The notes: generated from the letters alone by a model not told the origin. 64,000 bases of DNA from an uncultured Gemmatimonadales bacterium (GCA_963716255.1 OY970303.1:3520001-3584000), one strand, 5' to 3'; shown: positions 9,702 to 21,279, numbered from the stretch's first letter. Numbers and translations: made by a program.

Positions 9702-9932
9702 CTACGGAAGGAACAGCGCAAGCGCCAGCCGGGGCCAGCGGCTGCGGACCGCGCCGAGCAGGAAGTCCAGCCCCAGCACGAGGACGACGGCGGCGGCGAG
9801 GGCCGCCTGCCAGTCCAGGGCGGCGCTCGTCCCCAGGATGACGGCGGCGAGCCCGACGAAGAGCACGCCGAGCGCCCCGGCGAACGTGCGGGCAAACGGG
9901 GTCATGGGGGTGGACGGCGTCATGGCGCTCAC
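9702..9932 (-). CDS. Small two-TM membrane protein
   Basis: Two hydrophobic segments; same strand as neighbours. Confidence 0.55.
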   Translation of the reverse strand: MSAMTPSTPMTPFARTFAGALGVLFVGLAAVILGTSAALDWQAALAAAVVLVLGLDFLLGAVRSRWPRLALALFLP

Positions 9933-10010
9933 CTGGATCTGCGTGGACGGACCGGCACTCCGGGCACTACGCGGCGGCGGGGGCGGCGGGTTTCACAGGG
10001 AGCCTGCGTT

Positions 10011-10053
10011 ACGGAGCCGCAGCCCGACCCCGGCGCCAGCCGGGGGCACGCCC
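10011..10053 (-). repeat. Family A repeat, copy 3 (5' part only)
   Basis: ACGGAGCCGCAGCCCGACCCCGGCGCCAGCCGGGGGCACGCCC; the tetraloop is TGCG instead of TTCG. Confidence 0.85.
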
Positions 10054-10139
10054 GGACCCTGCCGTGTCCTGGAAAACGACGAAGCGGGCACCCCCCGCGA
10101 GGAAGGCACCCGCCCCGACCCTGCCGCCCGCCGCGAAAG

Positions 10140-11453
10140 CTACACCGTGAGCTCCTGCTCCTGCGGCCGAGCCGCCAGCAGGTCGCGGTCCACCTTCACC
10201 AGCTCCTGCCCCAGCCCCAGGTCGCGGTACGCTTCGCGCGCCTGCTCCAGGTACGCCTCCGCCTCGGGGAGGCGGCCGCAGGCAAGGTGCAGCAGGCCGT
10301 AGTCGTGGTACACGCCCGCCTCCTTGACCGCTGGAAGCCCCCGCTCGCGGCACACGTTCAGCGCCTGCTCGTAGAAGACGAAGCCCTCCTCGTCGGCGCG
10401 CGCCCGCGCGATCCTGCCGAAGAGGCCGTACACCTCCACCAGCTGCGGGATGTAGCGGTGGGCGATGGCCACCTCCTCCGCGTGGCGCGCCTCCTCCTCC
10501 GCCTCGAAGAAGCGCTCCTGCCGCACCAGCGCGTCCCCCAGGTTCACGCGCAGCAGGATCTCCCAGAAGGGGTTGTGGCAGCGCTCCAGCCCCTCGCGGA
10601 ACATGGCCTCGGCCCCCAGCGCGTCGCCTCCCTCCAGCAGGATCAGCCCCCGGTTGTTGAACCAGTAGAGCATCGCCCCCTCGTCGCCCGTGGCCTCGAT
10701 GCAGACCCGCGCGCGACCCAGGAAGTCCTCGGCGCGGGACAGCTCGCCGCGGTTCATCGCCAGGATGGACAGGTTGGCGTGGAAGGGCCACTCCAGCTCC
10801 GGGTCGCGCAGCGCGCGGGCCAGCTTGAGGCCGCGCTCGTACCAGGTCCACGCCTGCTCCCGCTGCCCCCGGTCGTCGCACAGGTTTCCCAGCCCCTGGC
10901 AGCCGACGGCCTGCCCGGCCAGGTCCATCTCGTCCACCGCCAGCAGGTAGCTCTGCTCGTACCACACCCACGCCTCGTCCAGGCGCCCCGCCACGCGGGT
11001 GACGCGCCCCAGCCGCCGCAGCGCCAGCACCTGCGGGCCCTTCTCGCGCAGGTTGCCGGCGATCTCCAGGGCCAGGCCGTAGATGCGCTCCGCCTTGTCC
11101 AGGCGGCGGTCCTCCTCCTCCATCTGCCCGGCCTGCACCAGCGTGGCCGCGGCCGCCGCGAGGTCCCCGTCCTCCTGCTTCTGGATGGCCTCCAGCACCA
11201 GGTCGAAGAGGCGCCGCAGCCGCTGCTGGGCGCGCTCGGCCAGCTGGGGGATCAGCGCCCGCAGCCCCGCCGGGTCCACCACGCGCTTTCCCACGGTGGC
11301 GTACGCGCCCGAGCGCGCCCACACCTTGTCCGCGTCGATCCGGGAGGTCCCGATCACCGCGTCGCTGAGCGGCCGGAACTCTTCCGAGTCGGGGATCAGG
11401 GCGAGCGCCCGCTCCACGAGGAGGTGCGACGGCATCAGGGTTCGTGACTGCAT
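10140..11453 (-). CDS. Tetratricopeptide-repeat protein
   Basis: Repeated helical TPR-like units (LRRLGRV, CQGLGNL, NNRGLI, VNLGDAL). Confidence 0.8.
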   Translation of the reverse strand: MQSRTLMPSHLLVERALALIPDSEEFRPLSDAVIGTSRIDADKVWARSGAYATVGKRVVDPAGLRALIPQLAERAQQRLRRLFDLVLEAIQKQEDGDLAAAAATLVQAGQMEEEDRRLDKAERIYGLALEIAGNLREKGPQVLALRRLGRVTRVAGRLDEAWVWYEQSYLLAVDEMDLAGQAVGCQGLGNLCDDRGQREQAWTWYERGLKLARALRDPELEWPFHANLSILAMNRGELSRAEDFLGRARVCIEATGDEGAMLYWFNNRGLILLEGGDALGAEAMFREGLERCHNPFWEILLRVNLGDALVRQERFFEAEEEARHAEEVAIAHRYIPQLVEVYGLFGRIARARADEEGFVFYEQALNVCRERGLPAVKEAGVYHDYGLLHLACGRLPEAEAYLEQAREAYRDLGLGQELVKVDRDLLAARPQEQELTV

Positions 11454-11484
11454 GCGGGATGAGGGGCGGCGGGCGGACCCGCCG

Positions 11485-12093
11485 TCAGCCCCCCGCCATG
11501 GTGTACGCGCCGCGGGCGCAGTACATGGAGAAGTGGGGCGTGGTGGAGGAGAGCCGCTTGCCGTTGGGGCTCACCGTGCCGCCCAGCGAGGTCCAGCCGC
11601 CGTTCTCCCAGCGGCCCACTTCGATCCCGCCCCCCAGCGGAAGCGCCACTCCCTGAAGGGGGAAGGTCAGGGTGACGGGGGTGTTGAACTGCACGCCGTG
11701 CGGCAGGAACTCCGCGATCACCCGCTTCCCCAGGACCGGGTCCGCGGGAAGGTTGATGGTGACCACGGTGTCCTGCGGGAGCGCGCCGGCCGGGATGTCC
11801 ACCCGGAATCCGTCCAGCTCCACGAAACCGCCGGTGCTGGCGCTGATCCGCTTGCTCGCGGTGCGCGTGCCCGACAGGTCGGGGAGCGCCGCGAACTCCA
11901 GCACGCCGTCCAGGCTCACCAGCTCCACGCCGAGCAGGCTCGTCACCGGTTCCAGCACCGGAGCCAGCACCCGTTCCAGGCCGAGCAGCGCGGCCGGGGC
12001 GGGCTCGGGCGCGAGCGGCGTGGCCGCGCGGTCGGAGCAGCCGGCCAGCGCGAACAGGAATGCGAAGATCGGGACCCGAAAGCGGCGGTTCAT
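11485..12093 (-). CDS. Lipoprotein with ZU5-like beta domain
   Basis: LAGC lipobox; IPAGAL..EFLPHGVQFNTPVTLT..TTPHFSMY. Confidence 0.7.
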   Translation of the reverse strand: MNRRFRVPIFAFLFALAGCSDRAATPLAPEPAPAALLGLERVLAPVLEPVTSLLGVELVSLDGVLEFAALPDLSGTRTASKRISASTGGFVELDGFRVDIPAGALPQDTVVTINLPADPVLGKRVIAEFLPHGVQFNTPVTLTFPLQGVALPLGGGIEVGRWENGGWTSLGGTVSPNGKRLSSTTPHFSMYCARGAYTMAGG

Positions 12094-12140
12094 CGGTGGC
12101 CTCTCGCCGGTGGAGAACGGGGTGGTCACCCGTTTCACAG

Positions 12141-12155
12141 GCAGGTGCCGTGCCG
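12141..12155 (-). promoter_or_regulatory. Sigma-54 (-24/-12) promoter
   Basis: Minus strand CGGCACGGCACCTGC is GG-N10-GC with GGCAC, ~50 nt upstream of the lipoprotein start. Confidence 0.7.
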
Positions 12156-12226
12156 CTCATGTTCCGCGGAAAACCCAGCAGCGGCGCGGTTTTACGCGCC
12201 CCATCCCGGGCGCGGGCTCCGGCCGC

Positions 12227-12243
12227 TGCACCAAAATGGTGAA
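12227..12243. promoter_or_regulatory. NtrC-type enhancer (UAS)
   Basis: TGCACCAAAATGGTGAA versus the NtrC consensus TGCACCAnnnTGGTGCA; ~70 bp upstream of the -24 element. Confidence 0.7.
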
Positions 12244-12252
12244 GGCTCACCG

Positions 12253-13614
<1,362 letters not shown>

Positions 13615-13688
13615 GCGGTCGGGTGCGAGGGGTTGTGGACGGGGCTTTCCCAAACTTGGGGAGACGGCGCCGGGCGCGCAACGGGGAC

Positions 13689-13705
13689 TGCACAAAAAAA
13701 GTGCG
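13689..13705. promoter_or_regulatory. NtrC-type box upstream of the activator gene
   Basis: TGCACAAAAAAAGTGCG, 17-bp dyad. Confidence 0.55.
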
Positions 13706-13712
13706 GAGACGG

Positions 13713-13764
13713 CAGGGAACAGGGAACAGGGAACAGGGAACAGGGAACAGGGAACAGGGAACAG
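13713..13764. repeat. Heptamer tandem repeat (CAGGGAA)x7
   Basis: Seven perfect units plus CAG. Confidence 0.95.
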
Positions 13765-13807
13765 CCGGCAAAGACGACCGGCGGTACGTAGCGTCCTGCC
13801 GGGCCGG

Positions 13808-13970
13808 TGCCGTTCCGTCGTATCCCCCACAAGATGGTCGGGGTGAGACAGCCGGGCAGTTTCGGCTGGCTCACCCCGGCGGAGGGAAACCCGCCGGCTG
13901 TTTGGCGGGGTTCCCGGAGCCCGCGGAGGAGACCGGCGGGGCTGTTTCCGCCGGGCTCCGCAGCGGCCCC
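13808..13970 (-). repeat. Family B triple-hairpin element, copy 1
   Basis: Minus strand GGGGCCGCTGCGGAGCC, then three stem-AAACWGCC-stem units, then GGGGATAC..CGGAACGG. Confidence 0.85.
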
Positions 13971-13986
13971 CTCCCTGAAGCTTACG

Positions 13987-15429
13987 TCACCGCAGCGCCC
14001 GCGCCGCCTTGACCGCCGCGTTGGCGTCCACGAAGCCGGCGCCCACCTCCCACTGCGCGAAGTCGGTGAGCCTGCGGGCGGTGGAGGTCAGGATGGCGAG
14101 CGCCTGGTCCGGGGTCAGCCGGCCGCCGGAAGCTTCCTCCATGAGGGCGACCACGCCGGCCACGGCCGGCGAGGACATGGAGGTGCCCGACATGCAGGTG
14201 TAGTTCTTAAGGTTCTGGATGCCGATGTTGCAGCCGCCCAGGTCGGAGGTGGCGCCCAGGAGCGGGACCACGCCGGTGAAGGCGCGGGTGGAAACGATGT
14301 TCACGCCCGGGGCGGTGACGTCCGGGTGGTAGATGGGGTCGCCGGGGACGCCGCGCGAGGAAAAGTCCGCCAGCACGCCGCCGCGGCCGTCCGCGCACGA
14401 AGCGGCGGAGCCGGTGGGGTCCAGCACCCCGATCTTGCACCCGGCCGCCACGGAGATGACCGAGGGGTTCGCGCTGTGGGAGTTGAGGGTGTTCTCGTCC
14501 GGCCCGTCGTTGCCGGCGGCGAAGACCACGGTGATCCCGGCGTCGTGCAGCCGGGTCATGGCCTCGTTCACCGGGTCGGCCGGGTCGAAGGTCCCGGTGC
14601 CGCCCCAGGAGTTGTTCACCACCTGCACGTTGTACTCGTCGCCGTGCTCCAGCAGCCAGTCCACGGCCTGGAGCACCGAGATGTACACCACGCTCGTCGC
14701 CTCGCCGGCGCTGAGCCCCACCAGGTGCGCGCCGGGGGCCACGCCGCGGTAGGCGCCGTAGGTGCTGGCGCCGCTCCCGGCGGCGATGCCGGCGACGTGG
14801 GTGCCGTGGCCGCTGGTGTTGTCGGTGCTCGGCAGGTTGGCCACGAACAGCTCGCCGCCCAGGCGGGGCAGGGCGGTGGTGTCCTCGGTGAAGGAGGACA
14901 GGTTGGCGATGAACTTGACGTTCTGCACCGTCTTGGTGCCGTAGGCCACGTCCGGGTTGCGGCCGTCGATGCCGCTGTCCAGGATGGCGATGCCGATTCC
15001 CTTGCCCGTCACGCCGGCGGCGTGCGCCAGGTCGGCGCGCATGGCGGCGACGCTCTCGCGCAGCAGCAGCGGCCGGCTGCGGTTTGCGTACACCCCCTGC
15101 ACCCCGGGCAGCCCGGCCAGCCGCAGCACCTGCGCCGGGGTGGCCAGCGCCAGGAACATGGACAGGTGCCGGAACTCGATGACGCCGGCGCCCAGCAAGC
15201 GGGCGGCGCGCGACACGCCGGAGGCGGAGGCGCGCGCCGGGTCGTAGTTGACGATCACGGTGAGCCTGTCCAGCGGCGCGGCGGCGGCGAGCACCGCGGA
15301 GAGGGCCGGGTCCAGCGCCGACACGGAGGCCGCCGGGGCGGCGGGTGCGGGCGGCGCCGCGGTGGGCACGGTGTCCTGGCAGCCGGCCAGCCCCAGGGCG
15401 CAGGCGGCGGCAAAGAGGGTGCGCTTCAT
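13987..15429 (-). CDS. S8 (subtilisin-family) serine protease, lipoprotein
   Basis: LAGC lipobox; [26 protein letters not shown]. Confidence 0.95.
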   Translation of the reverse strand: MKRTLFAAACALGLAGCQDTVPTAAPPAPAAPAASVSALDPALSAVLAAAAPLDRLTVIVNYDPARASASGVSRAARLLGAGVIEFRHLSMFLALATPAQVLRLAGLPGVQGVYANRSRPLLLRESVAAMRADLAHAAGVTGKGIGIAILDSGIDGRNPDVAYGTKTVQNVKFIANLSSFTEDTTALPRLGGELFVANLPSTDNTSGHGTHVAGIAAGSGASTYGAYRGVAPGAHLVGLSAGEATSVVYISVLQAVDWLLEHGDEYNVQVVNNSWGGTGTFDPADPVNEAMTRLHDAGITVVFAAGNDGPDENTLNSHSANPSVISVAAGCKIGVLDPTGSAASCADGRGGVLADFSSRGVPGDPIYHPDVTAPGVNIVSTRAFTGVVPLLGATSDLGGCNIGIQNLKNYTCMSGTSMSSPAVAGVVALMEEASGGRLTPDQALAILTSTARRLTDFAQWEVGAGFVDANAAVKAARALR

Positions 15430-15521
15430 GGCTCGTCTTCCGTCGAGGGTCGTTGCGGGTGCGGCCGCGGCCGGAGTGCGGCGGCCTGGTGTCTCTTCTC
15501 TCTTCGCCGCCGCGGCGGCGC

Positions 15522-15794
15522 TCACCGGATCCACGTCCACCCCCTTCGCCGGAGGGAAGCGATCTCCCGCGCCTGAGCCGGGGTGGCCAGGGGTGCGCGC
15601 GTCGCCGGGTGCCGGTGCTCCACCGTGTCGGCATCCGGCCGCCGCACCTCGCGGGAGACCGCGGGGGTTCCTGTCCGGGTGGGATCCAGGGTGACCGGCG
15701 CGATCGGCCGGTCGGCGGGAACCGCTGTCGCCACGGCGACCCGGCAGGCGGCGAGCCCGAGGGCGCAGGCGTTGGCGATCACCAGGTGTCTCAT
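15522..15794 (-). pseudogene. Probable remnant of a third S8 lipoprotein N-terminus (or small lipoprotein)
   Basis: MRHLVIANACALGLAAC..VTLDP parallels [22 protein letters not shown] of the downstream protease, then diverges. Confidence 0.5.
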
Positions 15795-15879
15795 CGTCGT
15801 CGGTCCGGTGTCCGTCGGTTCCGGGGGAGGGGCCGCCGCCCGGCGAAGGGCGGCGGCCGGTTTCCGTTGTCCTTTCCGC

Positions 15880-17346
15880 CTAGCGGCGGACGGCTTTCAC
15901 CGCCGCCAGGGCGTCCACGTAGCCGGCGCCCTGCTCCCACTCGGCGTAGCCGGCGAGCGGCCGCGCGGTGCGGGTGAGCTGGCGGTATGCCTGATCCGGG
16001 GTGAGGCGCCCGCGGCTGGCCTCCTCCATCAGGGCGATGATCCCCGTGATCACCGGCGCGGCCATGGAGGTGCCCGAGGCGCAGGTGAAGTGGTCGAAGT
16101 GCTGCACGCTGACCTGGCAGTCCCCCACGTCGCTGGGCAGGTCGGTGGAGTTCATCACCAGCCCCAGGGCGGCGCGCGTGGACACGATGTTGGCGCCGGG
16201 AGCGGTGATGTCCGGGTGCACGCGCGGGTCGCCGGGAATGCCGCGCGAGGAGAAGGCGGCCAGCACCGGCGCGCGCCCGGCGTTGCTCGCGTCCTCGCAC
16301 AGCGAGACGGAGTGGGTGGGATCGGCCACGTACAGCTTGCACCCGGCCGCGACGCTGATGACCCAGGGGGCGGCACTGTAGGGGTTGAGGGTGTTCTGGC
16401 CCGGCCCGCTGTTCCCCGCCGCGAACACCACGGCGATCCCGGCGTCGTAGACCTTTTTCGTGGCGCGGTTGACCGGGTCCTCGGGGTCGTACGCGCCCTC
16501 GATCCCCCAGGAGTTGTTGACCACCTGGATGTTGTACTTCTCGTGGTGCTCCAGGATGTAGTCGAAGCCGGCGAGCGTCCACAGCACGAAGAGCGCGTCG
16601 CCCGTGCCGATTCCCACCACGTGCGCGTCCGGCGCGACGCCCCTGTAGATGCCGTCCGACGAGCCGGCGCCGCTCCCCGCCGCGATCCCCGCCACGTGCG
16701 TCCCGTGCCCGGTGGAGGTCTCGCTGTTGGGAAGGTTCTCCACGAACAGGTCGGCGCCCACCGCCGGGGTGCCGGGGTCGAAGGTCACCAGCTCCCGCAT
16801 GTCGGCCGCCACCTTGACGTTCTGCACCGTCTTGGTGCCGTAGGCCAGGCCGGGGTTGTACTGGCCGTCCACGCCGCTGTCCAGGATGGCGATGCCCACG
16901 CCCTTGCCGGTGTAGCCCGCCGCGTGCACCTGGTTGGCGCCCACGCTCTGCACCGCCTCGCGCAGCAGGTAGTGGAGCTGCCGGTTGGCGTACAGCGAGG
17001 TTACGCCGGGAAGCCCGCGGATGGAGGCGATCTGCGCCGGGGTGGCGAGCGTCGCCACCACCGGGAGGTGCTTGAAGGTGATGATCCCCGCGCCGGTGCC
17101 CAGGATGCGGTCGCCCAGGGCGGTGCTGGTGGTCTGCGTCTCGTCGAAGTTGACGATCACCTCCAGCCGTGACAGCGGGGAGGCGAGGTTCAGTGCGGTG
17201 GTGAGCGCCGGGTCCAGCCGGGCGCCGGGGAGCCCCAGGATGCGGGCGCCGCTTTCCGCGGGCGCGGTGAGGGCAGCGGTCCCGGACTGGTCCCGGCATG
17301 CGGCTGCGGCGAGCGCGCAGAGCGTCAGGGCGATCCACCTCTTCAT
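15880..17346 (-). CDS. S8 (subtilisin-family) serine protease, lipoprotein; paralog of 13987-15429
   Basis: AAAC lipobox; [26 protein letters not shown]. Confidence 0.95.
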   Translation of the reverse strand: MKRWIALTLCALAAAACRDQSGTAALTAPAESGARILGLPGARLDPALTTALNLASPLSRLEVIVNFDETQTTSTALGDRILGTGAGIITFKHLPVVATLATPAQIASIRGLPGVTSLYANRQLHYLLREAVQSVGANQVHAAGYTGKGVGIAILDSGVDGQYNPGLAYGTKTVQNVKVAADMRELVTFDPGTPAVGADLFVENLPNSETSTGHGTHVAGIAAGSGAGSSDGIYRGVAPDAHVVGIGTGDALFVLWTLAGFDYILEHHEKYNIQVVNNSWGIEGAYDPEDPVNRATKKVYDAGIAVVFAAGNSGPGQNTLNPYSAAPWVISVAAGCKLYVADPTHSVSLCEDASNAGRAPVLAAFSSRGIPGDPRVHPDITAPGANIVSTRAALGLVMNSTDLPSDVGDCQVSVQHFDHFTCASGTSMAAPVITGIIALMEEASRGRLTPDQAYRQLTRTARPLAGYAEWEQGAGYVDALAAVKAVRR

Positions 17347-17615
17347 CGTTGCCTCCATGTGCGGGCGTGTGGACTGCGGCCTCTGCCGGCCCGCCGGAAA
17401 GGCAAGCGGGGGACCGGATGGCACGCGCTCCCCGCCGCCCTCCGCGGGCGGCCGGACGGCGACCGCGCGGCTCCAGGGGTGGAGCGGGGGTAAGTGTCTG
17501 CGGAGAAATTCGTTGGCAGGGAGCGGTGCGCGAAGTGTTTCCCGGCCGGCGGGGGTGCCGGGTATCCGGGAGGTTGCGCGGCGCACCGTTGGATGCTTTC
17601 TTGTAGGAGGAGTTC

Positions 17616-17677
17616 TGCACAAAAAATGTGAAAACCCTTTCACCATTCCGGGGCGCGCACCGCCCAAAATTGGTGAT
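17616..17677. promoter_or_regulatory. Three phased NtrC-like boxes
   Basis: TGCACAAAAAATGTGAA (17616), TTCACCATTCCGGGGCG (17639), CGCCCAAAATTGGTGAT (17661); 22-23 bp spacing. Confidence 0.5.
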
Positions 17678-17727
17678 GGATCCCGGGGCTCCCCTTGCCC
17701 GCCCCGGGTGAGCCCCGCAGCGATCCC

Positions 17728-20307
17728 ATGAACGACCTTTCCTCCCCTCCCGCCTCCGGGCGCCAGGCCGCAGAGGCCACCTTCCGCCGCTTCGCCGTGG
17801 TGGGGACCGGCGCGTCGCTGGCGTGGGCGCCCGTGTGGTTCCTGTCGGGGGTGCCCTCCGTGGGCTCGGCGCTGCTGGCCGCGGGGGCGATCATCGCCGC
17901 GGCGTACGCGGGACGCCGGCGGCTGGGGCTGGAGCTGGCCGGCCACCTGGCGGTGGCGGCGGCGGTGGCCGCGGTGCTGGGGGTGGTGAGCGTCACCGGG
18001 GGGATCGACGGCACCCGCGGGGTGTGGGTGTTCGTGCTCCCGGTGGCGATCGCGCTGCCGCTGGGGGTGCGGGCCGCCGCGGCCTGGGGGGCGGGGCTGG
18101 TGGCGGCGGTGGCGGCGATGTGGATGCTGGAGCTGCGCGGCTATCCCTTCCCCGACCTGGTCCCCGCCGAGCACCACGCCGCCGTGGCGGCGGCGGTGCA
18201 CCTCACCGTGCTGACGCTGATCCTGCTTCTTTCCCTGGCGTACGCGCGCACGCGGGTCGCTACCGTGCGCAGCCTGCACGCCGCCAACCGCAGCCTGGAG
18301 GCGGTCTCCGCCGACCGGGAGCGGCGCGCCGGGCGGCTGGGGGTGCTGGTGGACGTGGCGCGCATCCTGGCCTCGGAGCGCTCGCCGGACCGGCTGTACC
18401 GCGCCTTCTACGTACAGGTGGGCCGGGTGCTGCGGCGCGACGCCTTCTACGTCGCCCTGTGGGACGAGGAGTCCGGGACGATCCGTTACCCGCTCATGTA
18501 CGACGAGGGGGTGGAGTACCCGGGCGACCGGGTCCCCCTGGGCCAGGGCCCCACCAGCCGCGCCATCCGCGAGCGGCGCACCGTGGTCTGCTCCGGCGAG
18601 AGGACCGTCGAGGGCGAGCCGTGGGGGAACGCGGCCCGCCCCGCGCGCGCGGCGGTGCACGCGCCGCTGGTCAAGGAAAACCGGGTGCTGGGGGTGCTGG
18701 GGGTGTTCAGCTACGGCGACCCCTACTCGGACGAGGACGTGCGCCTCTTCGAGTCGCTGGCCGACCAGGCCGCGGTGGCGGTGGAGAACGCGCTGCTGGA
18801 CCGCAGGGTGAGCGAGTCCGAGGCGCGCTTCCGCGAGGTGCTGGCCTCCATCGAGCGCATGGTGGGGCACGCCGTGGTCATCACCGACCTGGAGGGGCGG
18901 ATCCAGTACGCGGGGGGGACGGAAAGCGTGCACGGCTTCCCGCCGGAGGAGCTGGTGGGGCACCACGTGTCCGTGCTGGGGCGCAACGTGCCGGAGGCGG
19001 AGGCGATTTCCGACGCCTTCCTGGGCGCGATGACGCGCGGCGAGCCCTGGACGCAGGCGGTGACCGCCACGCGCAGGGGAGGGGACAACTTCCCCATCCT
19101 GATCTCGGCGTCGCCGTACTATGGGCGCGGCGGGGAGCTGAGCGGGGTGGTGACCATAGGGGTGGACCTCACCGAGCAGGTGGAGGGCGAGCGCCGGCTG
19201 ATGCAGTCCGCCAAGCTGGCCGCCATCGGCGAGCTGGTGGCCGGGGTGGCCCACGAGCTCAACAACCCGCTCACCGTGGTGAAGACCACGGCCACGCTGC
19301 TGGAGGCTGAGCTCGCCGGCGAGGCGGCCGCCGACGCCCGCGCCATCCGCGAGCACGCCGATCGGGCGGCGCGCATCGTCCGGGGGCTGCTGCACTTTTC
19401 CCGGCAGACGCCGCACGAGCGGCTCCCCACCGACCTGAACCTGGTGGTGGGCCGGGTCTGCCTCTTCCGCGAGGACGGGCTGCGCGCCCAGCACGTGGCG
19501 CTGGAGACGCGCTTCGCCCCGGACCTTCCCCTGACGCTGGCGGACGGCCCGCAGCTGGAGCAGGTGGTGCTCAACCTGGTCAACAACGCGGAGCAGGCCA
19601 TCGTCACCGGGCCGGGGCGCGGCAAGGTGAGGGTGACCACCGAGGGGGGCGAGGGCGTGCTCCGCTTCCGGGTGGAGGACGATGGCCCCGGGATCCCGGA
19701 GGAGGTGCGCGCCCGCATCTTCGACCCGTTCTTCACCACGCGCGCGGTGGGCGAGGGGACCGGGCTGGGGCTGGCCGTGTCGCACGGCATCGTGGCCGAG
19801 CACGGCGGCAGCATCACGGTGCGCTCGGAGCCCGGCGGCGGCGCGGTCTTCACCGTGGAGATCCCCCTGGTCGCGGCGCCCGAGGAGGGCGCGTCGCCGC
19901 CGCCCTCCCCCGCCGCGGCGGAAGTCCCGCCCTCGCCCCGCCTGGTGCTGGTGGTGGACGACGAGCCGGGGCTGCGGCGCATCGTGCGGCGCTACCTGGA
20001 GACGCGCGGCCACCGGGTGGAGGAGGCGGCCTCCGGCGCCGAGGCCCTGGAGCGGATCGCCGCCGCGGCGTACGACGCGGTGCTGCTGGACCTCAAGATG
20101 CCCGAGATGCCGGGCGACGAGCTGTTCCGCATCCTCCGCGAGCGCCACCCGGAGACCGCCGCCCGCGTGGTCTTCGCCACCGGCGACGTGATCTCCCCCG
20201 CGCGCAAGGCGTTCCTGGACGGCAGCGGGCGCCCCGCGTTCGAGAAGCCGTTCGACCTGGGGGAGGTCGCGAGGGCGATGGAGGGGACGGCAGGGAACAG
20301 GGAATAG
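17728..20307 (+). CDS. Hybrid sensor histidine kinase (TM-GAF-PAS-HisKA-HATPase-REC)
   Basis: VAHELNNPL, NLVNNA, DDGPGI, FDPFFTT, GTGLGL; C-terminal VVDDE..LLDLKMP..EKPF. Confidence 0.93.
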   Translation: MNDLSSPPASGRQAAEATFRRFAVVGTGASLAWAPVWFLSGVPSVGSALLAAGAIIAAAYAGRRRLGLELAGHLAVAAAVAAVLGVVSVTGGIDGTRGVWVFVLPVAIALPLGVRAAAAWGAGLVAAVAAMWMLELRGYPFPDLVPAEHHAAVAAAVHLTVLTLILLLSLAYARTRVATVRSLHAANRSLEAVSADRERRAGRLGVLVDVARILASERSPDRLYRAFYVQVGRVLRRDAFYVALWDEESGTIRYPLMYDEGVEYPGDRVPLGQGPTSRAIRERRTVVCSGERTVEGEPWGNAARPARAAVHAPLVKENRVLGVLGVFSYGDPYSDEDVRLFESLADQAAVAVENALLDRRVSESEARFREVLASIERMVGHAVVITDLEGRIQYAGGTESVHGFPPEELVGHHVSVLGRNVPEAEAISDAFLGAMTRGEPWTQAVTATRRGGDNFPILISASPYYGRGGELSGVVTIGVDLTEQVEGERRLMQSAKLAAIGELVAGVAHELNNPLTVVKTTATLLEAELAGEAAADARAIREHADRAARIVRGLLHFSRQTPHERLPTDLNLVVGRVCLFREDGLRAQHVALETRFAPDLPLTLADGPQLEQVVLNLVNNAEQAIVTGPGRGKVRVTTEGGEGVLRFRVEDDGPGIPEEVRARIFDPFFTTRAVGEGTGLGLAVSHGIVAEHGGSITVRSEPGGGAVFTVEIPLVAAPEEGASPPPSPAAAEVPPSPRLVLVVDDEPGLRRIVRRYLETRGHRVEEAASGAEALERIAAAAYDAVLLDLKMPEMPGDELFRILRERHPETAARVVFATGDVISPARKAFLDGSGRPAFEKPFDLGEVARAMEGTAGNRE

Positions 20308-20456
20308 GGTTCATCGGTTCACGCGCAGCGTGAAGCGCCATTCTGGGAGAGGAGGCAACGGCTGGGCTCCGTACAGTCGTCCCCTCCGTCGCTTGCGGGG
20401 GAGGGGTGGCGCGCAGCGCCGGGGTGGGGGGGCCCGCGGACGCCAGCGCGAGACCC

Positions 20457-20589
20457 GCGTGAGGGATTTCGGCCCGGAGGGGCGAGACCCCGCGGGGCTG
20501 TTTCCGCGGGGGCTCGACTCCGTTGGGCAGCGTTGTTTGCTGCCTTACGGAGCCGAAGCCCGACCCCGGCGCCAGCCGGGGGCACGCCC
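20457..20589 (-). repeat. Family A repeat, copy 4
   Basis: Full consensus; 3' tetraloop variant TCCG. Confidence 0.92.
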
Positions 20590-20709
20590 AAAACGCCCGT
20601 TTCGTGGACGTCCAAAACCCGTTAGCACGATCCTCGCATTGCCTGCGGCCGGGAGCGCCCCCCGCTCCCCTGGATGAATCGCGAAAAAAGCCACCGGAGG
20701 GTTTCGGAG

Positions 20710-21279
20710 ATGGAGGACAAGCAGTTCGAGGTCGACGTCGTCTACCGGGTGACCGTGCGCTACGCGGTGACCGCGGCGGACAGCGAGACGGCCGAGCGCC
20801 TGGCCCTGGAGATGTGGCAGGCGGACGAGGACGGCGTGGGGGGGACCGAGGTGTGCGAGCTGGAAGGGGTGAGCGTGTCCAGCGCCGTGGACCAGGACGG
20901 GTGCGGGCGCGACTGCGACGAGGTGCTCCGCTTTCTCCGCGACCGCGAGCTGGTGATCGAGCGGCTGGACGAGGACGCCTTCAACCCCACCGTGCACGAC
21001 GCGGTCTCCGCCGAGGAGGTCGCCCGCCACCTGGGGTGGACCGACGCGGAAGGCGCCCACGACGTGACGCGCGCGGTGCGCACGCTGGAGCGCCTGTGCA
21101 ACGAGCAGCACCGTGTCGTGTGCTTCTCGCGGCCGCGGGTGCGCCGCGGCGAGCGCGGGGAGATCCGCCTGTACTGCACGCCGCAGCACCTGGAGCGCCT
21201 GTCCGCGCTGCTGGACGAGCCGGAGCCCGCCGCCGTCGGGGCCGGGGCGGAGGCCGAGCCCGCCGCCGCGCAGGCGTAG
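20710..21279 (+). CDS. Hypothetical protein, possible C-terminal winged-helix
   Basis: Typical codon usage; VSAEEVARHLGW..VRTLERL looks HTH-like. Confidence 0.65.
   Translation: MEDKQFEVDVVYRVTVRYAVTAADSETAERLALEMWQADEDGVGGTEVCELEGVSVSSAVDQDGCGRDCDEVLRFLRDRELVIERLDEDAFNPTVHDAVSAEEVARHLGWTDAEGAHDVTRAVRTLERLCNEQHRVVCFSRPRVRRGERGEIRLYCTPQHLERLSALLDEPEPAAVGAGAEAEPAAAQA

Noticed and set aside
13808..13970. Family B as a c-di-AMP, c-di-GMP or cobalamin riboswitch
   Set aside because: I could not place the diagnostic conserved nucleotides, the copies follow stop codons, and one faces a terminator and a convergent gene.
17347..20148. 1422-aa S8 fusion and other long N-terminal extensions (23736-26414, 22537-25071, 61416-63830)
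   Set aside because: The extensions overlap better-supported genes; true starts were reset at signal peptides or overlapping start/stop junctions.
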